Shown: piece by piece, positions 8,178 through 16,021 of the stretch
How the letters are laid out: every line of letters begins with the position of its first letter
Numbering within the stretch: the first letter of the stretch is position 1
Source of the DNA: an uncultured Chloroflexia bacterium
GTDB lineage: Bacteria; Chloroflexota; Ktedonobacteria; Ktedonobacterales; JADMIN01
NCBI GenBank assembly: GCA_963718915.1
Contig: CAVRAI010000003.1
Coordinates: forward strand, 630,001-662,000
Direction: 5' to 3'
Length of the DNA: 32,000 nt
Translations under genes and position numbers: made by a program
Notes under the pieces: model-generated
Seen by the model: only the letters and a program-made list of their open reading frames with translations
The model's database searches: none
What the model was told of the DNA's origin: nothing

Positions 8178-8207
8178 GACTTCCAGAGACTTCCAGGGAC
8201 TTCCAGG
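8178..8207. repeat. 10-nt direct repeat x3 (gacttccaga gacttccagg gacttccagg)
   Basis: Read directly from the sequence. It lies ~150-180 nt upstream of the Asp23 operon start. On the sense strand of that operon it reads CTGGAAGTC x3. Confidence 0.9.
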
Positions 8208-8613
8208 GCAGGTAAATTCAGTGCTTCTACTATAAGCGACGCCGTCGGTCGATACCCCATGCGCAAGGAGCATTTCAGCGGGATAGTTCAGCGCTCGTCC
8301 AGATGGCGGCTGACGCCTAGCCTCAAGGTCAGGGTGGGTATTCCGTGTTTCGCTGGGCCATTTGTGTGACGCGGGCATCGACAGCGCGGCGCACGAGCCT
8401 TCTCATGGCGCCTTCAGGGGAAAGCGCCCGCCCCACGGCCAGCGAACCACTACCCAGTGGGCGGATGCCAAGACTGGCCTCAAAGATGCCCCCTGCGCTG
8501 GGCGAATCAACTACGTCTATGCCCTACACTGACGGCAACACGGTGGCGCGTATTCACGTCCGCAGCCTCGCCATGCCACCGGGGAAGCGGTTTTTTCAGA
8601 TACCGTCGAGAAA

Positions 8614-9081
8614 GTGAGGGAGTACGTGGGTACTGACGATGCGAGACAACCGACACAACCGACACGAACGACGCAACAAGCGCCCGGACAACCAGGAGGA
8701 CAACCAGGGACCGATGAGATAGCGGGGTTCTTCGACAAGGTGGTGGCGCTCGGAGTTCAGCCGCGGCTGCGGTCGGTCTCTGGCACATGCTTATTCAACA
8801 TCACTGGCGCGGGGAGCTGGCTCGCAACCATCACGAATGGTCTGCCCGTCATCACTCACGACGCGCCTGCGCATGGGCCTGCCGACTGCACGGTGGAATG
8901 CTCCGCGCAGGACTTTCTGCGCATCGCCCATCGCGAGGACAACCTGAACATCCTCGCGGCGTTTCTACAGGGTCTTGTGACAGTCACCGGCAATATTGGC
9001 TTCGCTACTTCCTTATTAGGAGGTGTGACCTTCGATCCCGTCGGCATGCCCGGCGCTCAGCCGACGTATAGTCCGCGATAG
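8614..9081 (+). CDS. SCP2 sterol-binding domain-containing protein
   Basis: 155 aa. It has a low-complexity QPT/GQPG N-terminus, then FFDKVVALGVQPRLRSVSGTCLFNITGAGSWLATI...SAQDFLRIAHREDNLNILAAFLQGLVTVTGNIGFATSL, which is the SCP2 pattern. The start is uncertain (GTG 8614 or GTG 8626). Confidence 0.7.
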   Translation: MREYVGTDDARQPTQPTRTTQQAPGQPGGQPGTDEIAGFFDKVVALGVQPRLRSVSGTCLFNITGAGSWLATITNGLPVITHDAPAHGPADCTVECSAQDFLRIAHREDNLNILAAFLQGLVTVTGNIGFATSLLGGVTFDPVGMPGAQPTYSPR

Positions 9082-9104
9082 TCCGCGATAGTCTGTCTCG
9101 CGGA
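9068..9104 (+). repeat. 10-nt tandem duplication (gtccgcgata x2, 9071-9090) spanning the SCP2 stop codon, merged with a 7-bp hairpin (tccgcga 9082-9088 / tcgcgga 9098-9104)
   Basis: Read directly from the sequence. The duplicated arm gives two alternative 5' partners for the 3' arm. Only TT follows the hairpin, so terminator function is doubtful. Confidence 0.7.
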
Positions 9105-9142
9105 TTGATACATACCAGTGACGCATATCCAAGGAGAAGGCT

Positions 9143-11263
9143 ATGGCCGGCAACACAGTCAGCATCCTCGAGGGGAACACGTTCGTCGTCAGCGATTTGC
9201 GCGGCGATATCGACGCTACCCCTACCGACACAACCGGATTGTTCGCCTTTGACACACGCTACCTCTCGCGCTGGCGTCTCACCGTCAATGGCAAGACGCC
9301 GAACTCACTCTCGACCGACGATCTCCAGTATTTCTCGGCCCAGTTCTTTCTCGTGCCGGGAACGGGCACCATCTATGTGGATGCCGATCTCTCGATCATC
9401 CGCAAACGCGCGGTCGGGAAGGGATTCCACGAGGATCTGACCATCCTGAACCACAGCGCCAAAGCGGTGGATCTGGAGGTGAAGATTGAGGCTGGATCGG
9501 ATTTCGCGGATCTCTTTGGGGTCAAGGATAAGCTCACGAAGAAAGGTGAAGTGTATACCCGCATCGTCGACGGTCGCCTCGTGCTGGGCTATCGTCGCGG
9601 AACCTTCGAGCGTGAGACCTGGATTACCTCCAGCGTTCCGGTCGAGATTGCTAACGCCGACACGAAAACGCCCACCCTGACCTATCACGTGCATATCGAG
9701 TCGCATGACCTCTGGACCACCGGACTGGACGTCGCCCTGGGCAAGATCGTCAAGGGTCTCGGCTATCCAACGGCCAAATACCATTCGGCGGAAGATCATG
9801 CCCATCCCGATATGCAGAAGGATCTTGATGACTGGATTGCCGATGCGCCACGCCTGGTCTGCGAGTGGGAGACGCTCACCGACACCTATAAGCGCAGCCT
9901 GGTGGACCTCGCGGCATTGCGCTTCTATCCCATCGGCGTCCCTGGCGCGGCGCTTCCGGCGGCGGGGCTGCCCTGGTTCATGGCGGTCTTCGGACGCGAT
10001 AGTGTGCTGACCAGCTTCCAGGCGCTGCCGTTTGCGCCGGAACTGGCGGAGTCAACGCTACGCACCCTCGCGGGACGCCAGGGTCGGCGCGTGGATGATT
10101 TCCGTGATGAAGAGCCGGGCAAGATTATGCACGAGCAGCGCTTCGGCGAGATGACCGCGTTTCTCGAACGCCCACACTCGCCCTACTATGGCTCCGCCGA
10201 CGTGACCCCGCTGTTCCTCGTGCTCCTCGACGAATACGAGCGGTGGACCGGCGACGCCGACCTGGTGCGGCGGCTCGAGCCGAATGCGCGTGAAGCCCTC
10301 GAATGGATCGACAACTACGGCGACCGCAATGGGGACGGCTACATCGAGTATGCGCGCCGCAATGAAGAGACGGGGCTGGAAAACCAGTGCTGGAAGGATT
10401 CCTGGAACTCCATCGTCTTCGCCGATGGCACGCTCTCTAAATTGCCACGCGCGACCTGTGAGATACAGGGATATGCCTACGATGCGAAGGTGCGGTGCGC
10501 CCGGCTCGCGCGCGAGATTTGGAACGATCCCGCGCTGGCGGATCGCCTGGACCGGGAGGCTGTGGAGCTGAAGCTGCGGTTCAATCGCGATTACTGGATC
10601 CCCGAGCGAAAGTTCTTTGCCCTCGCCATCGATGGCGATGGGCGTCAGGTTGACTCGCTGACCTCGAACATTGGGCATCTGCTCTGGAGCGGGATTGCGG
10701 ATGACGACAAGGCGGAGGCCTGTGTTCAGCACCTGATGAGCGATAAGCTCTATTCCGGCTGGGGCATACGGACGATGGCCGAAGGTGAGGGCGCCTACAA
10801 CCCGATTGGGTATCACGTCGGCACTGTCTGGCCGTTTGACAACTCGTTCATTGCGCTGGGCCTGCGGCGCTATGGCTATCGTGATGAGGCGGCGCGCATT
10901 GGTTATGGCATCCTGGAGGCGGCGCAGTTCTTCCGTGGGCGGCTGCCCGAAGCATTTGGGGGCTATCACCGCGAACGCACCCAGTTCCCCGTCGAATACC
11001 CGACCGCATGCAGCCCACAGGCGTGGTCAACAGGAGCGCCGCTCCTCATTCTCCGCGTGCTGCTCGGCCTCGAACCGGTCGCTGACCGGCTGCTGGTCGA
11101 TCCCGCGATACCGACCCAACTTGCGGAAATCCAGTTGCTCGACATCCCCGGCCGCTGGGGGCATGTCGATGCGTTTGGTCGTGGGCGGATAGATTTGTCG
11201 AAGCCGAGAAAGTCCGCACCGACGCCAGAAGAGGCGCGCTTCACGGCGGCCGGTCAGTGGTGA
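9143..11263 (+). CDS. amylo-alpha-1,6-glucosidase / glycogen-debranching-enzyme-like glycoside hydrolase (GDE N-terminal + GDE_C domains)
   Basis: 706 aa with AAGGAGAAGG SD. The N-terminus ILEGNTFVVSDLRGDI...GLFAFDTRYLSRW is typical of the bacterial GDE N-terminal domain. The C-terminal half contains the (alpha/alpha)6-type motifs LPWFMAVFGRDS, NQCWKDSWNS, GWGIRTM and YHVGTVWPFDNS. Confidence 0.85.
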   Translation: MAGNTVSILEGNTFVVSDLRGDIDATPTDTTGLFAFDTRYLSRWRLTVNGKTPNSLSTDDLQYFSAQFFLVPGTGTIYVDADLSIIRKRAVGKGFHEDLTILNHSAKAVDLEVKIEAGSDFADLFGVKDKLTKKGEVYTRIVDGRLVLGYRRGTFERETWITSSVPVEIANADTKTPTLTYHVHIESHDLWTTGLDVALGKIVKGLGYPTAKYHSAEDHAHPDMQKDLDDWIADAPRLVCEWETLTDTYKRSLVDLAALRFYPIGVPGAALPAAGLPWFMAVFGRDSVLTSFQALPFAPELAESTLRTLAGRQGRRVDDFRDEEPGKIMHEQRFGEMTAFLERPHSPYYGSADVTPLFLVLLDEYERWTGDADLVRRLEPNAREALEWIDNYGDRNGDGYIEYARRNEETGLENQCWKDSWNSIVFADGTLSKLPRATCEIQGYAYDAKVRCARLAREIWNDPALADRLDREAVELKLRFNRDYWIPERKFFALAIDGDGRQVDSLTSNIGHLLWSGIADDDKAEACVQHLMSDKLYSGWGIRTMAEGEGAYNPIGYHVGTVWPFDNSFIALGLRRYGYRDEAARIGYGILEAAQFFRGRLPEAFGGYHRERTQFPVEYPTACSPQAWSTGAPLLILRVLLGLEPVADRLLVDPAIPTQLAEIQLLDIPGRWGHVDAFGRGRIDLSKPRKSAPTPEEARFTAAGQW

Positions 11264-12393
11264 TGCGTGTTGAATGCGTCAGCGTCATTGGCGTCATTGG
11301 CGTCATTGGCGTCATTGGCGTCATCGTAGTCGGCCACGGGCAGTTCTTTGGCCCATGGAAGCAGCAGGTGCTCATTGCCCAGCACCTGCTGGTACACGTT
11401 AAGGTATTTTGACGCCATCACGCGCGTATCAAACCGCTGCTGCGCGTAGGCGCGGCACCCTCGGCGTGAGATGTGGGAGATATTCCGCGCGGCGACGGCG
11501 AGCGCTTCGCTGTCCATGCTGCTGTAGCCCGTCACGCCGTCTTCCAGCAGTTCCGGCGCGGCGCCGGTTGGGCAGGTGAGCACAGGAGTGCCGCAGGCAA
11601 GCGACTCGATGTAGACCATGCCAAACGGTTCGGGCCAGCCAATGGGCACGAGCAGCGCCAGCGCATGCGCCATCAGGTCGCGCTTCGCCGCCTCGTCAAT
11701 CTCGCCCAGCCACTCGATTGATGGGTGATTGAGCAGCGGACGGATCACTTCATCAAAGTACGGCATCTCATGATGATCGACCTTGGCGGCAAGCTTCAAT
11801 GGGATTCCGGCGCGCAGGGCGATCTCGATGGCGACATCGGGCCGCTTATCTGACGACATGCGACCAACGAAGGCGAGATACTCCCCAGGCTCGGCGACGA
11901 ACGGGAAGCTTTCGACGTCGACGCCGTGGTGAATGGTGGCGACATAGTGCAGGCCGGGCAGGCTGGCGCGCTGCGCGTTGCTGATCGAGACGTAGTTGGC
12001 GAGGGGGTAGCGTGGATAGGCGCGCTGGGCATTGAGCGTGGCAAGGTCGCCGTGCAACGTCAGCACGGTTGGTGTGGCGCTGCGGCGAGCGAAGGGAAGC
12101 GTGAGATAGTCCAGATGCGAATGGATCACGTCGAAGCGGTCGGCGTCTCCATACACATCCTCGAGCATGCCGATGTGGTAGGCGGCGGCATCCATCTCAG
12201 GATCGAAGTTGATCGCCCTCTCCAGCGTCGAGACGAGCCGGGCGCTGGTGTGTGAATCGCCGGTGGCAAAGAGCGTCACCTCATGGCCAAGATTGACAAG
12301 CGCTTCTGTCAACGCATACACAACACGCTCTGTGCCCCCATACCCATGAGGCGGAACCGCGATCTGGAGCGGGGCGATTTGAGCGATGCGCAT
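11254..12393 (-). CDS. GT4-family glycosyltransferase
   Basis: 379 aa. MRIAQIAPLQIAVPPHGYGGTERVVYALTEALVNLGHEVTLFATGDS is a GT-B N-terminus, and the EX7E-region-like PEPFGMVYIESLACGTPVL is present. The C-terminus carries a DAN repeat. The stop codon lies inside the last codons of the convergent GDE gene. Confidence 0.85.
   Translation of the reverse strand: MRIAQIAPLQIAVPPHGYGGTERVVYALTEALVNLGHEVTLFATGDSHTSARLVSTLERAINFDPEMDAAAYHIGMLEDVYGDADRFDVIHSHLDYLTLPFARRSATPTVLTLHGDLATLNAQRAYPRYPLANYVSISNAQRASLPGLHYVATIHHGVDVESFPFVAEPGEYLAFVGRMSSDKRPDVAIEIALRAGIPLKLAAKVDHHEMPYFDEVIRPLLNHPSIEWLGEIDEAAKRDLMAHALALLVPIGWPEPFGMVYIESLACGTPVLTCPTGAAPELLEDGVTGYSSMDSEALAVAARNISHISRRGCRAYAQQRFDTRVMASKYLNVYQQVLGNEHLLLPWAKELPVADYDDANDANDANDANDADAFNTHHH
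11282..11324 (-). repeat. 9-nt tandem repeat gcgtcattg x4 plus a partial copy (coding, DAN-DAN-DAN-DAN tail of the GT4 protein)
   Basis: Read directly from the sequence. The unit length is a multiple of 3, so copy-number change keeps the frame. Confidence 0.9.
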
Positions 12394-12785
12394 AACTACC
12401 TCCGGTAGGTTGTGAGTCTGGACGCCGATGGGCCGAGGTTAGCGTACAGGTCAAAAGCATGAGATGACACCGTAAGTTGGTGAAGTTCGCGGGATTAATA
12501 CCGCCCTACGCCCCTGGGTGAGTATGCTCCTTGCCTGGAGTTGAGTGATGCGCTCTGCCGATGATGCTGTAGTGGGAGAGGGGCATACTCTGCTTTTGGA
12601 TAGCGTGGAACTGCGCTTATGGACTCACCCGGCGTATGGCGCGGATGAAGCGGACGTTGACTATGCTCAAGATGCGTCCGGAGCGGGCGGCAGGTTGTCG
12701 TCTCCATAGACGCAATGCGCGTAGAGGCGACAACGACAGGTTGAAGCGCGTTCAAGCGCGTTCACGAACACGAAGGAGAAGGCAA

Positions 12786-13205
12786 GTGTCGCAAATGTCT
12801 CATGCATTAGGGCGACGTCCCGGCCTCGTCACGTTCGCGGCAATCATGATGTTTCTGCTCGGCGGTTTCCAGCTCACCTTTGCGCTGGTGGAGTTTTGGC
12901 AGGCGACGTGGATTCTGTTCAGCCCGTATGGCTCATTCGGCGGCTACCTGTGGCTGTGGGGCATCCTCGACGGGATCTTCGCGCTGATCGCGTTCTATGC
13001 GGGCGCTGATCTCCTGCGCGGCGGATCCTTCGGGCGAATCGTCGGTATCCTGGTTGCCGCGTTTAGCGCAATCCGGTGGTTCTTCTATCTGCCCGTGGCT
13101 CCCTGGATGGCAGCGGTTGTTATCGCGGTGGACATCCTGATTATCTACGGCCTCGTGGCGCATTCTGAGTATTTCGACGAGGCGAATGCCGCGAGCGCTA
13201 TGTAA
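12786..13205 (+). CDS. small integral membrane protein, about 4 TM helices (family not recognised with confidence)
   Basis: GAAGGAGAAGG SD precedes GTG 12786, with ATG 12795 three codons later. Hydrophobic segments are LVTFAAIMMFLLGGFQLTFALV, YLWLWGILDGIFALIAFYAGA, IVGILVAAFSAIRWFFYL and WMAAVVIAVDILIIYGLV. The upstream part of the 12636 ORF looks non-coding. Confidence 0.65.
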   Translation: MSQMSHALGRRPGLVTFAAIMMFLLGGFQLTFALVEFWQATWILFSPYGSFGGYLWLWGILDGIFALIAFYAGADLLRGGSFGRIVGILVAAFSAIRWFFYLPVAPWMAAVVIAVDILIIYGLVAHSEYFDEANAASAM

Positions 13206-13236
13206 AACCAGCGCGTGTTATGAAGGGACAGCTAAC

Positions 13237-13716
13237 ATGATGCGAAGACGAATGGGTCGCCGGGTGCTCGCGACGGCGGCGGTTGGTGGCGCAGCCTATA
13301 TGGTGGGCAGCCATTCCGCCAAGAAGAACGCCGCGGCACAACAGCAGGAAGAGGCTCAGAACCAACAGATTGCCGATCTCCAGGCACAGCAACAGGCGCA
13401 ACCGCAACAGGCGCAGCAGCAACCGCAGCAGGCGGATACGACGCAGCAGCAGTATGTGGCGCCACAGCAGCCACCACCACAACAGTACGCTCCGCCTCCA
13501 CAGCAGCAATACGCGCCACCGCCACAACAGTATGCTCCGCCACCGCCGCAGGCGGCGCCTGAGCCGCCACCCGCGATTAGCACTACAGGGGAGCCATCGG
13601 CAGACCCCCAGGTGGTGATGGATGAGCTCAAACAACTGGGCGAGCTGAAGGCGGCTGGGGTGCTGACGGATGAGGAGTTCGCGGTGAAGAAGGCGGAGCT
13701 GCTCAAGCAAATCTGA
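13237..13716 (+). CDS. SHOCT domain-containing protein with Gln-rich and QQYAPPP-repeat linker
   Basis: The preferred start is MMRRRMGRRVLATAAVGGAAYMVG. The C-terminal VMDELKQLGELKAAGVLTDEEFAVKKAELLKQI matches the SHOCT motif. The middle is low-complexity Q/P (QQYAPPPQQ x3). Confidence 0.75.
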   Translation: MMRRRMGRRVLATAAVGGAAYMVGSHSAKKNAAAQQQEEAQNQQIADLQAQQQAQPQQAQQQPQQADTTQQQYVAPQQPPPQQYAPPPQQQYAPPPQQYAPPPPQAAPEPPPAISTTGEPSADPQVVMDELKQLGELKAAGVLTDEEFAVKKAELLKQI

Positions 13717-13760
13717 TGATGCTGATAGTGCTGGATAGCGGCCATCGCGGGAGGTGCTGT

Positions 13761-14216
13761 ATGACCATGGGACCGCTGGAATATGTTGTGATCGAGTTTG
13801 AAGGAAACCACTTTACCGGCGAGATCCTGCCGGAACTGCGGGCGTTGCGCAATCAGGGCGTCCTGCGCGTCGTCGACCTCGTCTTCATCCAGAAAGATGA
13901 GGCCGGGAATATGATGGCGCGTGAACTCAGCGATCTCAGCGAAGAGGAGGCAAAGCCGTTTGGCCCGATGGCTGGTGACATGCTCCGCCTGCTGACGCCG
14001 GAGGATATCGATGATGTCGCGGAGTCTGTACCCAACAATAGTTCGGCGGCGGTTGCCTTGCTCGAGCATACCTGGGCCATTCACTTGAAGGAGACCATCC
14101 AGAATGCGCGTGGCAGGGTCATTAGTGCGGGCATGGTGCCAGCGGAAGATGTAGAGGCGCTGGCGTCGGAACTGGAGGCGGAGCTGGCGGCGGAACAGAC
14201 GGCAATCCCGCAGTAG
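13761..14216 (+). CDS. DUF6325 family protein (soluble relative of DUF1269)
   Basis: GGGAGG SD precedes ATG 13761. MGPLEYVVIEFEGNHFTGEILPELRALRNQGVLRVVDLVFIQKDEAGN ... PNNSSAAVALLEHTWA matches the pattern I recall for DUF6325. Confidence 0.7.
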   Translation: MTMGPLEYVVIEFEGNHFTGEILPELRALRNQGVLRVVDLVFIQKDEAGNMMARELSDLSEEEAKPFGPMAGDMLRLLTPEDIDDVAESVPNNSSAAVALLEHTWAIHLKETIQNARGRVISAGMVPAEDVEALASELEAELAAEQTAIPQ

Positions 14217-14290
14217 TCTCGTAAGTAGACGATACGCATCCCGCAGCGGGCGAGAAGCGAGAGAAACAAGAGGAGCGAGAGGAGCAAAGC

Positions 14291-14872
14291 ATGAGCAATC
14301 TAGTTGTCATCGCGTATCCCGATCAGTATCGGGCGGCAGAGGTGCTTGCGTCATTGAGACGGTTAAACAAGGAGTACCTGATCGACTTTGACGATGCGTG
14401 TTACGTCACCAAGGATGCGTCGGGCAAGATCAAACTCCACCAGAACACCAGCCTTACCGGCGCGGCCGCTGCCTGGGGCGGCATGTGGGGGATGCTCATC
14501 GGACTGCTGTTCTTTGTGCCATTCATCGGACTGGCCATCGGCGCGGGCCTCGGGGCGCTCTCTGGCAGGCTCGCTGACTACGGCATCGATGACAACTTCG
14601 CCAAGCAACTCACCCAGACCTTGCAGCCGAATAGTTCGGCTATCTTCGTGCTGGTGAGCAAGGCCACCCCGGACAAAGTGCTGCCTGAGGTTGCTAAGTA
14701 CGGTGGCACTGTCCTCCAGACGTCCCTGCCAAAGGAGACCGAAGAGAAGCTCCAGGCGGCGCTGAGCCAGGGTGGCGGAGAGCAGGTTGCGCAGGCGCAG
14801 GCAGTCGCCGAGTCCCAGCCAGCCGCAGCCACTCAGGCGCCACCCCAGGCCGGAGCATCAGGCACAGCCTAG
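14291..14872 (+). CDS. DUF1269 domain-containing membrane protein
   Basis: 193 aa. MSNLVVIAYPDQYRAAEVLASLRRLNKEYLIDFDDACYVTKDASGKIKL is followed by a glycine-zipper TM region (GAAAAWGGMWGMLIGLLFFVPFIGLAIGAGLGALSG) and then GIDDNFAKQL...PNSSAIFVLV. Confidence 0.75.
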   Translation: MSNLVVIAYPDQYRAAEVLASLRRLNKEYLIDFDDACYVTKDASGKIKLHQNTSLTGAAAAWGGMWGMLIGLLFFVPFIGLAIGAGLGALSGRLADYGIDDNFAKQLTQTLQPNSSAIFVLVSKATPDKVLPEVAKYGGTVLQTSLPKETEEKLQAALSQGGGEQVAQAQAVAESQPAAATQAPPQAGASGTA

Positions 14873-14923
14873 TAGCGCATCCCAGCTGGATTCCGGCGCG
14901 GGATATCGCGAAGAATCGCAACG

Positions 14924-14960
14924 GCCACAGGGGCTGCTTCTCCTGTGGCTGTTCTCATTC
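14924..14960 (+). terminator. probable intrinsic terminator after the DUF1269 gene
   Basis: An 8-bp perfect stem, gccacagg (14924-14931) / cctgtggc (14942-14949), has a 10-nt loop and is followed by the T-rich tgttctcattc. Confidence 0.5.
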
Positions 14961-15025
14961 GCGTTCGCGCCACGATACGCGCAATCGTAGCGGAGCTGGC
15001 TTCAGCAGGTGAGCCGGAGGCGGCG

Positions 15026-15814
15026 ATGGAAGAGCACTCAACTGGCACGGCGCCTCACAAGGTCGAGCATAGATTCCGCGCGCTTTCACGCCCCGCGGAC
15101 AGTTTTGGAATCGTCTTGATTCTCCTCGTCCTCGATTACATCGCCGTCTCGGCGATCACTGACAACGCCTGGGGACGAGTCGTCATCGTTGTATTGCTGG
15201 GCGCTACCCTTCTGTTCGCGTTGCATACCTCACATGCTCGTCGTATCTGGCAGCTTCTGGCGGCGCTCTACCTCCTGGTGAGCACGCTGGTCACGGTCGT
15301 CAGCATCCTGGCGCCTGGCGCGACCGATTTTAGCTCGCAGACCTCCCTGGTGGGTGGATTGCTGTTGCTCATTACACCGGTCGCCATTTCGCGCCGCATC
15401 GTTTCGCACCGGTTTGTGACGACCGAGACGGTGCTCGGGGCGATATGTGTGTACTTGTTGATTGGTTTCTCATTCTCATTCATCTACTCGGCGATTGGTT
15501 TCGTGAGCGGCGCCCCCTTCTTCGGAGGCCAAATGCAGGCGACCGCGAACGACTACCTCTTCTTCAGCTACACCACGCTTACCACAGTAGGCTACGGCAA
15601 TCTCATACCCGCGGGCAGTGTGGGGCAGACCTTCGCCATGCTCGAAGCGCTTACTGGCCAGATCTATCTGGTAATCGTCGTCGCACGGTTAGTCTCCCTC
15701 TGGGGCCAAGAGCGCCCCTCATCGGCAGTGAGAGGCATGCGCGGCGCGGAAACCAATAACACGCCGCAGGAGCGCGCCCAGTCTCCACAGACTCCCCAAC
15801 CGCCAACCGGTTAG
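15026..15814 (+). CDS. potassium channel family protein (pore-loop, TVGYG filter)
   Basis: The selectivity filter is YTTLTTVGYGNLIP. There are several N-terminal TM helices. I prefer ATG 15026 (GGAGG SD) because the terminator-like hairpin lies upstream of it; the ORF is open from 14945. Confidence 0.8.
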   Translation: MEEHSTGTAPHKVEHRFRALSRPADSFGIVLILLVLDYIAVSAITDNAWGRVVIVVLLGATLLFALHTSHARRIWQLLAALYLLVSTLVTVVSILAPGATDFSSQTSLVGGLLLLITPVAISRRIVSHRFVTTETVLGAICVYLLIGFSFSFIYSAIGFVSGAPFFGGQMQATANDYLFFSYTTLTTVGYGNLIPAGSVGQTFAMLEALTGQIYLVIVVARLVSLWGQERPSSAVRGMRGAETNNTPQERAQSPQTPQPPTG

Positions 15815-15910
15815 CCTTTCGGTGAGGCGCATTCCCCCCATTTGTATGGGCGGTGACTACCCTGCCAGACATACCTTGCGCATGAGGACAAGCCAGACCG
15901 CACTCTATAT

Positions 15911-16013
15911 GCTTCCCATATGCTTCCCATGTGCGCGCCAAATGCACGCGCGGCGCCAGGCCATGTGCCTGTCACGTCTGGGGTGGCAGTGTGTATGGGG
16001 AATATGGGGAGAA
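15911..16013 (+). promoter_or_regulatory. leader with duplicated GCTTCCCAT(A/G)T boxes (15911-15933) and inverted duplicated (T/G)TATGGGGA boxes (15991-16013), the latter overlapping the candidate SD of the next gene
   Basis: gcttcccatat/gcttcccatgtg can pair with gtgtatggggaa/tatggggagaa, allowing G-U pairs. The outer pair is CUUCCCAUAU with AUAUGGGGAG, 10 bp. GGGGAGA lies 9 nt before ATG 16022. Confidence 0.4.
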
Positions 16014-16021
16014 ACGCATCC

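Noticed and set aside
8279-8340. tRNA-like D-arm string gggatagttcagcg
   Set aside because: No acceptor-stem complement and no GTTCGAATC-type T-arm follow it, so a cloverleaf cannot be drawn.
10058-10969. 303-aa minus-strand ORF
   Set aside because: It is antisense to the GDE-type glycosidase, whose motifs are unambiguous, and has no motifs of its own.
13356-14084. 242-aa minus-strand ORF ending in a Cys/Gly-rich run
   Set aside because: It is antisense to the SHOCT and DUF6325 genes. The CCGGG-type repeats are the reverse reading of the QQYAPPP repeat.
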